A stretch of DNA of 64,000 nt from Negaprion brevirostris (GCA_030324005.1 JARDVH010000130.1:8343924-8407923); one strand, 5' to 3'. Positions 11,070 to 24,237 are shown, counted from the stretch's first letter. Made by a program: numbers and translations. Notes: generated by a model from the sequence alone, not told the origin.

Positions 11070-13440
11070 ATTTTGTCATCCCTGCTTTATGCCCTTCATG
11101 TTTTGACCAAGTCCCACAACAGGACTGCCGTGGTAGACCCACGATTTCAGCCTGTTCCTGTCCAACTAAACTCATTTCTTCTTATCCTGTCTCTTTCTTT
11201 CCACGTCCAGTCATTTCCAACCTACACACACTCTTCAATGCCCTCTATAACTTTATAAGTTTCCAAGCCCTACACTTGCTAGAATTTCAGATTCAGACTG
11301 AACAAGAGAAGACAGGGTGCCATATTAGAGTTCTGGCGTTGGTCAGAGGTAATCACACAGACCTGAGGAAAGAGTTGGCTCAGGTAAATTGGGCACAAAT
11401 AATTAAGGACAGGACAGTTAAGGAACAATGGTGGATGTTCAGGGAGATATTGAATACCTCTCAATTAAAGTATATTCCTGAGAGGAAGAGGAATTGTAAA
11501 AGGAAGAAAAATGTTCCATGGCTAGACAAGGCAGACAAAGAAGACAAAGGCAAAAACCAGGGCATACCAAATCGTTAAAGGAGGATTGGGAGAACTTTAA
11601 CGTTCAGCAAAAATAGAACTAAAAGTAGAATCAAAAGAGTTAAGATGAACTACAAAAGGAAACTAGTAGAAAAGATAAACAAAGATACAAAAAGCTCCTA
11701 CAAGTATATAAAGGGGAACAGAATAGCTAGGGTAAATATTGGCACTTTAGAAGACAATACTGGTGAGATATTAATGGGAACACAGAGATGGTGGAAACAC
11801 TCAACCTATATTTTACCTCTGTCCGAATAACGAAGATTTTCCAAAAATTATCATTAATGTAGAGGAACCTGTTGTAGTAACCATCACCAGGGAGAAGGTA
11901 TTGAATAAACTAATGGAATTAAAGGCAGATAAGTCTCTGGGACCTGATGGTCTGCACCCTAGGGTATTAAAAGAGGTGGCAGCACATGCTGTGGATGCAT
12001 TAGTTGCATTATTTCAAAATTCCTTGGATTCTGGTGGATTGGAAACACGCTAATGTGGTGCCCTTATTCAAAAATGGGAGAGGCGCAAAAAAAAAGGAAA
12101 CTGTAGGCCGCTTAGCTTGACTTCTGTGATGGCGAAGTTGCTGGAATCAATCACTAAAGAGAGGATGAATGAGCATTCGGAAAGGCAAAGCTCAATCTAG
12201 CATCGTCAGCATGGTTTTGTGAAGGGTTCAGTCATGCTTGACAAAGTTGCTCAAGTTCTTTGGGGATATAACTGGCAAGGTTATATCCCCAACTGGCACC
12301 TTGGGAATAGTGGGGAACCTGTGGATGTGATACATCTGGACTTCCAGAAGGCATTTGACAAGGTCCCACATAAAAGACTGGTCCAGAAGCAGAGACTGGG
12401 GGTAGATACTAGACTGAATTGAGGATTGGCTGACTGACAGAAAGCAGAGGGTCAGGATAAATTGATCCTTCTCTGGCTGGCGAAATGTAATTGGTAAGAT
12501 ACTGCAGTGGTTAGTTCTCAGACCTCAACTGTTTACAATCTATATAAATGATCTGCAAGCAGGGATGAAGTGCAACATAGCAAAATTTGTGGATGATACT
12601 AAAATAATTAGGAAAGCAGGTAGTGACAAGGATATAAAGATTTTACAAATGGATATAGATAGGCTAGGAGAATGAGCCAAAATTTGGCAGATGGTGTTAA
12701 TGTAGAAAAGTGTGAGATTGTCCATGTTGGCAGATAAAATTAGGAGGCAAATTATTACCTAAATGGAAAGCAGATTCAATATACCTGGGCAGCTTCGTTC
12801 TAGTCCCACTTGAGGGCCCCAACCTGATCTCTTTCTTTGATACATTGATAACTATATGGATGCTGCCTCATGCCCTCACCCTGATCTGGAAGGTGTTATC
12901 AACTTACTTCCAATTTCCACTTTTGCCTTCAAGTGGTCTATCTCAGGTTCTTTCCCCTTCCTTAACTTCTCGGGCTCCATTTCTGAGATAGGCTATCAAT
13001 AATATTCAATACAAGTCCAAGGAACCGTTCACACTCTAATAACCTGGTTCACTCCTCAGGCACCGTCCCCTTCTCTGGGCACTTTTCCAATCAAGGAAAG
13101 GAGATACGACACCTGCCCGTTTACCTCTTCCCTTCTTACCAACTGAAGTCCTAACTGCTACTTCTGGGTAAAACAACAATCTTCTTGTACTTCTTCCAAT
13201 TTAATATACAGTATTCATTACTCACCATGTAGTCTTCTCTACATTGGGAAGACCAAATGCAGACCAGTTGCCAGCAACCACTTTGTGGAACACCTCCACT
13301 GAGACCACAAATGTGAATCCCAACTTTCAGATAATATGAAATTTCAAAACCCCAGTTTGCTCACCTCATCTTTAGCTGAGCACTTCACAGCCCTCTGCAC
13401 TCAATATTCAGTCCAACAATTTTACTCTGTAACCTCTGCA
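11070..13440 (+). mobile_element. Penelope-like retroelement remnant (RT and GIY-YIG), split by a CR1 insertion
   Basis: QDCRGRPTISACSCPTKLISSY (RT) near 11115; decayed YIDD (tacattgataac) near 12841; CTSSNLIYSI..SPCSLLYIGKTK (GIY-YIG) near 13187-13260. Confidence 0.8.
11280..12790 (+). mobile_element. CR1 LINE ORF2 remnant nested in the Penelope copy
   Basis: KADKSLGPDGLHPRVLKEVA, VDVIHLDFQKAFDKVPHKRL and KFVDDTK motifs, with stops and frameshifts. Confidence 0.9.
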
Positions 13441-13934
13441 CCACTTTGTTTGCTTTTTCTTTGTGGGTTTGTTTCTTTCTTAGTTTCTTTTTGCAGACTT
13501 TGGGATGGCAACGATCCAGGAATGGAGAGAAGATGGCTTCTGAGTGGCAGGGAGCTCTTGGGGAGGAAGGATTTCCAGCTCCCTGTATCATAAATCCAGC
13601 AGAGGACCCAATGCTGGCCAGTTTTTAAGTAGCACTGGGCCTACCCCAAAAAAGTGCTGTGAGGCTTCCAACTGTTCTCCAACTTGAGAGACGAACCCCA
13701 CAGGAACAACATATTAGCCAAAATTTTAAGCACTTCTCTATTAATCTTAAAGTAAATGATTAAAAAAATCTTCAGCACAAGTGCTATTCAACAATTTGGC
13801 TGTTGAAGCTTCGTTTAACAATGCAAGAATTTCAGCTACACCAAATATTCAACTTTTCAGACAAGGAAAGCTGATATTAAAACAGCCCAAGATAATATTC
13901 ATTCTAATTCATTTTTATATTACTTTGGACAGAC

Positions 13935-14195
13935 ATGAACTCCAGTGAGGATCACTGTCTGCGTGGAGTTTGCACTTTCTCCCGGCGTCTGGGTGGGCTT
14001 CCTCCGGGTGGTCCAGTTTCCTTCCACACTCCAAAGATGTGCAGGTTAGATTGACTGACCATGCTAAATTGCCCCTTGTGTCAGGGGGACTAGCTAGGTT
14101 AAGTACATGGGTTTGAGGGCAGGGTCTGGGTGGAATTGTGGTTGGTGCAGACTTGATGGGCCAAATGGCCTCCTCCTGCACTGTAGGATTCTATA
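13935..14195 (+). mobile_element. HE1/V-SINE-like SINE, 5'-truncated
   Basis: gtggagtttgcac...ccaaagatgtgcaggttag...ccatgctaaattgcccctt; CR1-derived tail gggccaaatggcctcc...attcta. Confidence 0.85.
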
Positions 14196-16169
14196 ACTAA
14201 CCCTTATTTGCCAAAATGAAACTGTTACTTTTTCCGGTCACAAAATTCCAGTTGTAGCGACTTAAACATCACCTTGCAGTGTGACAAATTCTGAGATTGT
14301 CTTCGAAGTGTTTTGCTTTGGATGAATTAGCAAAATTCAGAGGTATCAAACCTTACTTCATATGTATAACACGCTATAATTATATGTGAAGTTCTTAATT
14401 GGAAGGAATCTTGTATTTTGTTTCAAAATTGCTTCCAAAACCAATTTTTTTTTTGTGTTTAAGGTGAAGGTACACTCTCCTTTAAAAAATGTCTGATTGT
14501 TGCACAGGACAGGCTCTGCTTTCACACCATATTTCAGAAAAACCACATTATGAAAGGACCATTCTAGTTAAAATAATTCAGTTTCTTTGGAAATGAGTAA
14601 GCAACGAGATAGATACGTGGAATTGTTGTTCATCATGCACTTCGGTATTATACAGTATCAGAATTGTCCCCACAAGTTTATGCCAGAGTCATAATAATGA
14701 CAGACCTGACCCCACTAATCATGCCTGAAGATCTGACGTTAATCATAACAAAACGTCCATGGAAAAAAGTAGTGACTTACTGGTGAGAAACTGGATTTGA
14801 ATTAATCTNNNNNNNNNNNNNNNNNNNNNNNNNNNNNNNNNNNNNNNNNNNNNNNNNNNNNNNNNNNNNNNNNNNNNNNNNNNNNNNNNNNNNNNNNNNN
14901 NNNNNNNNATCTCCACAATTAAAAATGCCTGAGTCATCAAGGGTATTGGCAATGTGACAAATTCAGTTAGTAAATTACACACCCACTCACACATTCCCAT
15001 TGACATCCAATACAAATTTAAAATACCACTAAAGGCTCAAATTTATAAAGGCCACTTTAATGTTGTAAAATTCTGCAGAGTTCATTCAGGCTCAACAATG
15101 ACAAGTCGCCTTCTTTGAGTGGCCAAATGTCAGCCAGGAGTCCCCCAAACAAGTTATTGCAAAACTCAGACATGGGGGTTATGCTCTTCAAATATGTCTG
15201 TCTGTTTAATGATTTCCAGAGAGCTTAGACACTGATTAGCACAGCTAATGTTTAGAAATTCCCAACTATGTGTAGGGCTAAGTCTAAACAGTTCATACTA
15301 TGTGCTTTACCTACACAGAGCACAAGTGAAACTTGTCCAGCCACAATCAATTTACCCATCAGGGCACCGGCATGCATCTGAAGACGTGGGAGGAATTCCA
15401 GCTGCCTGTGTCAAGTCTACTCTTCCAAGTACCACTATGAAGTCAAACTGACCCATCAATTAGTCACCAACAACCAACTCCTGTGAACTCTCTGGTTCTT
15501 GGATCACGTAGGCGACTGACTACTACAGATGATTTACTCACTCCATAATAGACATCATTCGGCATGTCACTTCAGAACGCTTGTTCCCAACGGTGCCGGA
15601 CTGTGGCAACTAGGGGAATTTCACACTAACTTATTTTCAGTGTTAATGTAAGCCTTACTTACGACTAATAAATAAACTTTAACTTTCTTTTTTCAATGGG
15701 ATACATTTACCATCATTTGTCCTTTCATCTCCAAAGAAAGTGGTCACTAGTTGCTCAAGTTAAATCATAAGCATACATCGGCACAAAAGCAAAATCTACA
15801 AATTATATACGAGTTTTGCCAACTAATTTATTAAATGGAAATATATATATATTTTAAAAATTGATGGGCATGAGAGAGAAACATGCTTGGGTGAAACACC
15901 CTACCCTACTTTTCAGATTCCAACTAGAATTAATGTATTGAACAGAAGACTGATTCAATTGCCTGGCCAGTAACTTGTAGATCAGCGTAAAGGCTTCTGG
16001 ATTCCTATCTCATGCACAACAGTTAAATTTAAAAACACATATTTTACATCAACAAATTAGAAAAGTTATTAATTTATGCTTTCATAAAAAATTGACAGGG
16101 CGACATCTCCAAGATATTCCTTGCCCCCAACCCACACCCCCTCCCAAAATAAATAATTATTCAACTTAC

Positions 16170-16394
16170 TGAATACTTGTCTCCAGAATTATTTGACTTT
16201 GTCTGGTTCTTTTCTCTTGAAAAGCTCTTTGCTGGTGACTGATCTTGTAGAGTTATCAAACTCAGTCCTTTTCTTTTATCTTTTAGAGAAGCTTGCTGAT
16301 GACGTTTAATTCTTTCAAGTTGCTCTTCAACGCTCATCCGAGGTCGTGGACCTTCTGCCAGGAAAAGCTGCTCCACTGCACTCCTCGGTCTTTC
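16170..16394 (-). CDS. PLEKHA5: PLEKHA5 coding exon (ERPRSAVEQLFLAEGPRPRMSVEEQLERIKRHQQ...DKYS)
   Basis: Acceptor ttgcag, donor TCA/gtaagt; 225 nt, phase 0-0. Confidence 0.95.
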
Positions 16395-16649
16395 CTGCAA
16401 TAAAAACATTGAATTACATTCAAAAAATATGCTGTTTGATTGAGAAAAGAAACACCTAATTCCTTACTTTCAGTGGATCAATAACTGTATCCTCTGTTTT
16501 TCACCCATGTCATTTTGTTCTCAAAATCAGCATGCCCTCTTCCCAGCCCAGAGTTTCAGCAGTGTTGCAGGACACCAATGAGGAGCGTCTGGCTACCCTG
16601 CACGATTTTTATTCGTAAATCACAATTTATCAAATCCACAGAAATGGTC

Positions 16650-17288
16650 AATGATTAACAGTTTGCGCAACACTTCTCACATAAGCGGTGTGGTGGTGGG
16701 GAGCAATCCTCCCAGTCCGCTGCACTGGCAGACATCTGTGAACGCCATTTTGTGGGCTTCCCGCTGGGTGCCATGGCCTCCACGTGTCTCCTAACCCAAG
16801 ATTTTGAGCATCATCAGCTCTGTGCCAATTCAACTTTTAAATTCTCGTGTGAATGTCACAGCGGGTTCACTCCAGCAGGGTTTACTACTGCTTCCCAAAC
16901 ATGGGGAACAGGCGGCCAATCCCACTACAGGGAACAGGGGCCATTGAGGCCTCCCCAGTAGGCGGTAAGGGGAATGCCCCCTGAGCAGATCTAAGGGGGC
17001 AGGGCCTGCTGGGGGTGATAGGAGGGAGTGGGCATTCCTGCTGCCATTCTGCCAGAGGAGGGGCAGGATGGCAGTCAGAGCTGGCCATCCAGGTTGGGGG
17101 GGGGGAGCGTCTCCTGAGTGGGACTAGGCCCCGCCCCTTGATTTTCAGAGGGAATCCCACGAGGGCACTCTGCAGTGCTCAAGAGTGTGGAATATTCAAT
17201 CTGAAAACCCCACTAAGAAAACTAGGGGGAGTTACTCCTGTTTTCAAGCGAATCAGAATCTTGGAATTTCTTTGGGAGAATCCCGGCC
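16650..17288 (-). mobile_element. GC-rich non-autonomous DNA-transposon-like element
   Basis: GC-rich island ending in gggagaatcccggcc; 17160-17288 is the reverse complement of the similar element starting near 51399. Confidence 0.6.
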
Positions 17289-17638
17289 ACGAAGTTGCAC
17301 AGCTTTAAATTAGGGTAGAAACAGTCGTTGATACTCTGCAAATTGGGAACATGGAAGACTCATACTTAGGTGCTAAAGAGTTATAAAAGTAGAATGTATT
17401 TTCCTTTTTCATTGGAGTGTGCATACAAACTTCTTAGAAGTCTAAATAACTGACTGATAAAAAATGACAAAACAACAGGTCTCAGTACAAGTTGAAGAAC
17501 CTTAAAAATGTAATTTTCCCTGGAGGGAGTTAGATTCCATGTGTAAACTAAGAAAAAGTATCTGCACGTTACACTAAATATTTAGACTGCTGTATTTCAG
17601 TTTACACTAATCTCATACAGAAGTCTCCTTATACATAC

Positions 17639-17763
17639 CACATGAGGTACAGCTCCATCCATCTTTCTATGCTTTCTTAGCGTAACATAGGATGCAATTG
17701 TGGAAGACTCAGGCATTGGTGATTTGCTTCTAGGAGGGACTACACCAACTGGAAAAGACAAAC
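17639..17763 (-). CDS. PLEKHA5: PLEKHA5 coding exon (GLSFPVGVVPPRSKSPMPESSTIASYVTLRK...PHV)
   Basis: Acceptor tttgcag, donor GTG/gtatgt; 125 nt, phase 1 to 0. Confidence 0.94.
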
Positions 17764-19586
17764 CTGCAAATATGTGAAAGTTCTGTTAAATAAATAAATA
17801 GTTTCCAAAAAAAAACTTTACGACTGATCTCATGCTGAACATAAAATGTACATAATAATAAGTTTACATTCACCATGCTGAAAATTCTGGCCAGCAACCC
17901 AAAACACAAATATAAAAGAGCACCAGCTTAAAACATGGAGTAAAACATTTTATGCATCTGCGTGCATCTTACTGGAAACTTGCTCACTGGATCACAGATA
18001 GAATCACAACTATGTCATGTGGAGCTTGTTCATGCACTGTCATTCTGCATATATTTTAGTTACAAGTGCAATAAGGCAATTAGAAGTGTCATTAACCCAA
18101 AATAGTTTATTGGCTCAACTGAACAATTTCCTAGAACCAAATTCTTAGAATTTCAACAAAAATCTGTGGTCCATTTCGTGAATCTGAACTTCAACTTTGG
18201 CTAAAGTGCTCGAGTATGGTGGGCGACTCTTTTTTTTGTCTTGTGAAAGTAAAGGTATGGCATCACAAAATGTTTATCTATTCTGCACATAAGTTCTAGT
18301 AGTCAAGGGAGCTAATAAGGCAACTGAGCAGGCAGGCATGCATCAAGGTCAGCATCTCATATACAAAAAGCACTTCCGACACAGCACTACATTGAAGCTA
18401 GGCTGTTTTGAGTCCAGAATTGGGATTTGAACCCATAACCAGCTGACTCAGGGAAGACAATACAACCCACTGAGCCAAGTTGAAACTGAGAAAAAATATT
18501 ATTGAGCGTCACATGACTGTTTTGGAAGTGAGGCACATTTTGCACAACTTTGAGAAAATGGTACCATTATGGTAATGTTACTGTACTTGTCCTTCGAGGT
18601 GGAGGACTTCAATGCCCATCACCAAGAGTGCACAATAACACCACTATTGACCAGAGTCCTGAAGGAGTTATCTGCCAGACTCAGCCTGCAGCAGGTGTTG
18701 AGGGGGCCAATAAAAGGGAAAATCCTACTTGACTCCACCAAGTTACCTATCACAGATGCATTTGTCCAAGAAACTAATGGTCGGAGTGATCACCACACAG
18801 TCCTTGTGGAGATGAAATCCTTTCTTCACACTCAGACATTCTTCTATTGATTCCAAGTGTCATATTACACTCTGAGTGTTGATTGGCAGTAGGCAACCTT
18901 TCTGTCTCTCACTTGGGAGGAATTTCCACCTTGGAGAGCTGCTGGCCAATCTGGAAGTCCCTCAGGCACAGGGCTGCAGTGGCTGGAAGTGGCACTTCAG
19001 GGAGCTGCTAAGCCCTGTGAACCAAAGTACAAGGAAGTGGTAGGTACCCAGGGTGAGTGTGTAGGGAACACGTGGTTGGTGTGTGAGGGGCACAATCAAG
19101 CACGAGGGGATAGGCCAGGAGGAGGTGGTAAGGGAGCACTGGGTCTTAAAGAGAGGGCACCCTGAGTCAGAAGGGAGCCTCTGATGGGGGGAAACCTGCC
19201 ATCGGTACCTGATTTGGCCTACAGGTGACTCCAGGCCCAAAGCAATGTGATCCTCTGAAAAACCCTCAAGTAAGCCATGGAGGTCAAGGGGAACTCAGAA
19301 TGGGTAAGAAATGTGGGAATAGGCAGCGATGCCCACAGCCCATCAATTAATAAAAAAGAATCTGCTGAACAATATGGTAAAAGTATATCCTGTCCACAAA
19401 ATGCACAACAAATCCAAACAGCCAACTGACTTTCCCATCAGCATATTCTCAATCATTAACAAAACAATGGAAGATGTCAAGGATAATGCTATCATGTGGC
19501 ACTTGCTCAGCAATAACTTGGTCACCCATGCTCACTTTGGTTTCTACCAGGGCAACCTGGCTTCAGTCCTCATTATAGCCTTGGGA

Positions 19587-20574
19587 GGGCCGATTTAACC
19601 ATCTTGTTGTGCATATTTTCAGGTGCAACACGGTGGTAAAGTGGGTTGTAAAGCAATCAGTACGGGTTTTCACAACCGGCGCCATTTTACAAGTTTCTGA
19701 TGCAGCCTCTCGCCAGAAATGCGTTAATGTAATTAAATTTATTTAAATATTGTTTTACATCTGCTTAGCAAGCCTGGCACTCAATCGTCCAGGCTCACCT
19801 CCCTGGGAAAGGTTGTCACAGGCGAGAAATAGACATGCTCCCCATGAATGGGGGGCAGTCAACTTGGCCATGCTGGTAGAACCACAGGCTATTGAGGCCC
19901 CCCAGGGAGGCTGAGGGCAAGGGTGGTGCCACATGGGCAGTTCCAGTGGGTGGGGCGAATGGTGGGAGGGAGGCCTGCTGCCACTTTGCAATGATCAGCA
20001 GGGGGAGAGCAGACGGAGGGCAGCGGGGCCGCCATTGGCAGGGGTAGGTCAGCGGAGCTGCAATTGGTGGGGGGAGGGCAGCAGAGTTGCGACTAGTCTG
20101 GGTGCGGGGTGGAAGTCGGCAGGGGCTGTATCATGAGCCATGGGCACTGTGATTGCAGGGGTGGGTGGGGGGAGGGCGAGCTGCTAGCACTAGCAAGGGC
20201 TAGACAGTTTTCTCTTTTCTATCAGACCCCTGCTAATGCTAATGCACGTGTTGCAGAGGCCTGCACATGTGCACTACCTCTCTCTGCAGGCTTTCAGGTG
20301 AGTTCGGCCCCGTNNNNNNNNNNNNNNNNNNNNNNNNNNNNNNNNNNNNNNNNNNNNNNNNNNNNNNNNNNNNNNNNNNNNNNNNNNNNNNNNNNNNNNN
20401 NNNNNNNNNNNNNGTCTACAGGCTTCTGTGGCGAGCAATAGGCTCGCTCAGAATTTTGGAGATAGAGTGCACACGGGGGAGGGAAGGCTTGAAAACATAC
20501 CCAAAAAACGGTTTGAAATTCTCCCAGTTTCAAGTCCGCCCAGACTTAGAGCAAAAAAAAGGTAAAATCGCCCC
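19587..20574. mobile_element. Non-autonomous TIR element (PIF/Harbinger-like) inserted in a LINE
   Basis: Imperfect 14-bp TIRs gggccgatttaacc / ggtaaaatcgcccc; GC-rich interior; the LINE sequence resumes on both sides. Confidence 0.65.
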
Positions 20575-21164
20575 TATGGACAAAAAAGTGGAATTCCAGG
20601 CTGAAGCGAGAGTGACCCCCTCCCTCCCAGTAACATCAAGACAGCATCTGAGTGTGGCATAAACTGAAGTAATTGAGAATTGGGGGGAAAATCTCCAATG
20701 GCTGGAATTTTACCAGCATAAGGCATCTGATTGTGGTCGTTGGAGACTGATCATTGTTTCAAAACATCACTACAGGAGTTACTAAGAGTGATGCTCTAGG
20801 TCTAAGCATTTTCAGTTGCTTCATCAATGACTGATCTTCCCTTTGTCATAAGGTCTACAGTGGAAATGTTTGCTAATGATCGTAGAATGCTCAGTACGTT
20901 TTGCAATTCCTTGAGATCCTGAAGGAGTCCATGCCCACAGAGCAAGACCTGGATAATATTCAGGTATGTGGCCAGTAATATTCATGCCAAATAAATGGCA
21001 GGCACTGACAGTGAATCCAATCATCTCTCCTAGACACTGAATGACATTATCATAGCTGAATCTCCCACCATCAACATCCTGGGGGTAACTAATGACAAGA
21101 CTATAACTAGCCATAAACACTGTAGTTGCAAAAGCTGGCCAGGAGTCTGAGGTAAGTAACTTAT

Positions 21165-21525
21165 GGGGAGATAATGCCCTAATGGCATTATTCCTATACC
21201 ATTAATCATGAAAGTCACATAACGTTCTGGGGACCCGGGTTCGAATCCCGCCATGGCAGATGATGGAATTTTAATTCATAAAAAATATCTGGAATTAAGA
21301 ACCTAGTAATGGCCATGAAACCATAGTCAATTGTTAGAAAAACCCATCTGGTTCAATAATATTTTTTAGGGAAGGAAATCTGCCTTCCTTACCTGATCTG
21401 GCCTACAAATGACTCCAGAGCCACAGTAATATGGTTGACTCTCAACTGCCCTCCAAGGGCAACTAGGGATGGACAATAAATGCTGGCCAGCCAGTGACAC
21501 CTATGTCTTATGAATGAATAAATTA
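21165..21525 (+). mobile_element. tRNA-derived SINE with LINE-derived tail
   Basis: B-box ggttcgaatccc; core aaccatctggttca...agggaaggaaatctgcc; tail caataaatgctggccagcc. Confidence 0.8.
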
Positions 21526-22759
21526 AAACTCATCTCCTGACTCACCATCTACAAGACACAAAGTCAGGAGTGTGATTGGATATTATCTACTCGCTTGAAC
21601 GAGTGCAGCTCGAACACTATCCACGAGAAAGCTGCCTGCATAATTGGACAACTCATCTGTCCATCTCCTAAACACTGACAGCCCCAACATAGCTGCACTG
21701 TGACCCATTTTCAAGATGCATAGCAGTAACTTGACAGGAATCCTTTGACAGCCCCTTACAAACTCAGGACCTCTACCACCCAAGGCCCAAACATAGAAGC
21801 TACTTCTTACAGGTCCTCCTCCAGTTTGCATACCATCCTGACTTGGAAGTCTATTGCCATTCCTTTACCATCACTGCATCAAAAACCGTAATTTCCTTTC
21901 CACCAGCATAGTGGATGTACCTACACTAAATGGACTGCAGCACTTCAAGGGCAATAAATGCTAGCTTTGCTAGCAATACGCACATCTGATGGACAAATAC
22001 GAAATAAAATAAGGTGAAATCCAAAACATATTAATGAAGGCTGAAGAGTTCAGGGTACAAGTCGATCTTATTTATTATTATACAGTCACAGACACCTGCA
22101 GAAACCCCGGGAAACCCTGTTATCAATTCAGAGGTGATATTTCACAGGACAGAAGGGACCTTGGTTTGAATCAGCAGAGAGCTATCTCCTTGGTAACTAA
22201 GAATTCAACTGCACAGTTTTGTCTCATTTGCATTATTCAATTACGGGATGAGAACAGTATGGCAAAAAACCTCAAAATGTGTCATTTTGGATCCATTATT
22301 ACTTAAATAAATTACAAGTCAGTTTGCTTACATTCAGATTGTTCCCTCTTCTCCATCGGACTATCCTCACGAAAGTACAAAGGCTACTTTCATATTGTTT
22401 TCTTGTCAGGAATTGCATTTTTCTTTTTGACTTTACTGTTACTGAACCACCACCCAATGAGGATTTAGTAACAGTTCCATTTCCCCACATTTCTTATATA
22501 TTATCCTCGTTAATTAGGAGGCCAGAACAGTTGGTCTTTTGGCATCAGTTCTGCTTCCTTACTTGATGCTGGGGCATTGTACATTGCACAAGAGAACTCC
22601 ACATGCAGGTTCTATCTTCCATCCACAGGTGACATGATCATACCAGGGAAAAAAAAATCAACGCAAATATCACACAAGACTAAGACTAGAGTAAAGGAAA
22701 GTGGAATAGCTGTTTATAAGGACTTCAGACTGTTAATTAAAATTGACATCCAAGAAATT

Positions 22760-23830
22760 GAAAGCAAGTTATTGACCCAGTTAGGTTAGGAAAATGGCAG
22801 GAGACAGAGATGGAGTAACGGGCAAGTACTCTGATTGTCAGAATGTGATTAGTGGTGGCCTGCAAAAATCTGTGTTGGGGCCTCAATTATTCACCGTATT
22901 TTTCATTACCTAGACAATGGGATAGAAGGCACAAATCCAAATTTATCGATGATGCAAATATATTGCCAGTAAAGATAGAAACATTAAATTATAAGTAAAC
23001 GTTAACAAATTAATGGAATGAACAAAACTGTGGAGAATGAATTTCAATGTGAACAATTGGGGCCCCAAAAGGATAGAGTAGGGTGCTGTATGAAAGGTGA
23101 AAAAGCTAGAAACTGTGGAGGCATTGGGAGTCCAAGTACATAGATTATTAAAATGTGATGAAATAGTGTAGGAAATAATCAAAAAATGAATGAAATACTG
23201 CTCTTTGTATTTGGAGGAGAAAAATACAACAAGGGTTAGAAATCATATTTCAGTTTTACAAAGTCCCCACTAGAGAACACCTGGGATATAATGAGCAGTT
23301 CCGACCACTATGTCTCAGAAGGATATAGTAACCTTGCTGGGACTGCAGCTTAGGTTTTTCTGAATTATACGTGGTTTGCAGGGGTTAAAGTACCAAAAGC
23401 TTACACAAACCAGAATTTGTCCCACAAACCAGAACCCTGGCACTTAGCAGGTTAAGGAATAATTTGATCAATGTTTGCATGGTATTAAAGGGAACAGATA
23501 GGGTAGATTGACGAAAAAAAATCTCTAGTTTGAGGAATCAAGAATTAAGGGGCATAGTTTAAAAATTAAGAGCCTGATATTTCAGGAATGAAGTTAGGAA
23601 ACAATTCTATATAAGGTATGATAAATGTTTGCAGCCATTTTCTGCAACAGCAGTTGATGAAAGATCATTTGTAAATTTTAAATCTGATAGATTTTTGCTT
23701 TCCAGAGGTATTAAGGGATATGGGACAAAGGTGGATTATATGAAGTTAGGTCGCAGATCAGCCCTGATCTCATTGAAAGGTGGAACAGACTCAAAACGTT
23801 AAAAGGCTTACTCATGTTCCTATGCTCCTA
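22760..23830 (+). mobile_element. Degenerate CR1 LINE 3' portion
   Basis: Decayed RT (tctgtgttggggcctcaattattcacc) through a CR1 tail ending ctcatgttcctatg. Confidence 0.75.
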
Positions 23831-24116
23831 TTTCAGCCTATTGCCTTGACATCTGTTTGGATTCAACAATAGAAGAAGATTACAGTGAAATTGTCTTGCA
23901 AACCAGTTGCGTGAAAGCAGAACTACATTTAGCATTGGTCCTAACAATGTTAACATTTAACTGGTTCAAGACTGAGTTATCTGTTTGTAAAGAACTTGGT
24001 AAGCCATCTTCAAACATGTTAGTTGTAGACTGGCTACATGCAATTTGAAAATGATCAAGGACATCTATTCAGGTTAAGTACAATGCAGACACATGAATCC
24101 CATTCTCTAGAACTAC

Positions 24117-24237
24117 CTTTAGATGTGACACCTTCTTTGTCAGGCACCACTTCTGATTTGTCATCCACATTTGATTCATCAACCTCTGTGACAGTTGTCA
24201 GTTCTGGTTCACTCTTGTACAGTCGATAATCAGGACT
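24117..24237 (-). CDS. PLEKHA5: PLEKHA5 coding exon (SPDYRLYKSEPELTTVTEVDESN...TSK)
   Basis: Acceptor ctacag, donor AAG/gtagtt; 121 nt, phase 0 to 1. Confidence 0.94.

Larger units (their letters stand above)
18570..22010 (+). mobile_element. Fragmented CR1/L2-group LINE carrying nested insertions
   Basis: APE-like EDFNAHHQE and SDHHTVLVE, RT-like PISIFSIINKTME and HFGFYQG, and a 3' tail gggcaataaatgct...gaaataaaa. Confidence 0.75.

Noticed and set aside
11057-11578. 173-aa plus-strand ORF as a nested gene
   Set aside because: It is a chimera of decayed Penelope RT and CR1 ORF2 sequence.
21230-21255. tRNA-like B-box (ggttcgaatccc), also seen in other SINE heads
   Set aside because: It is a SINE head without a full cloverleaf, so not a tRNA gene.
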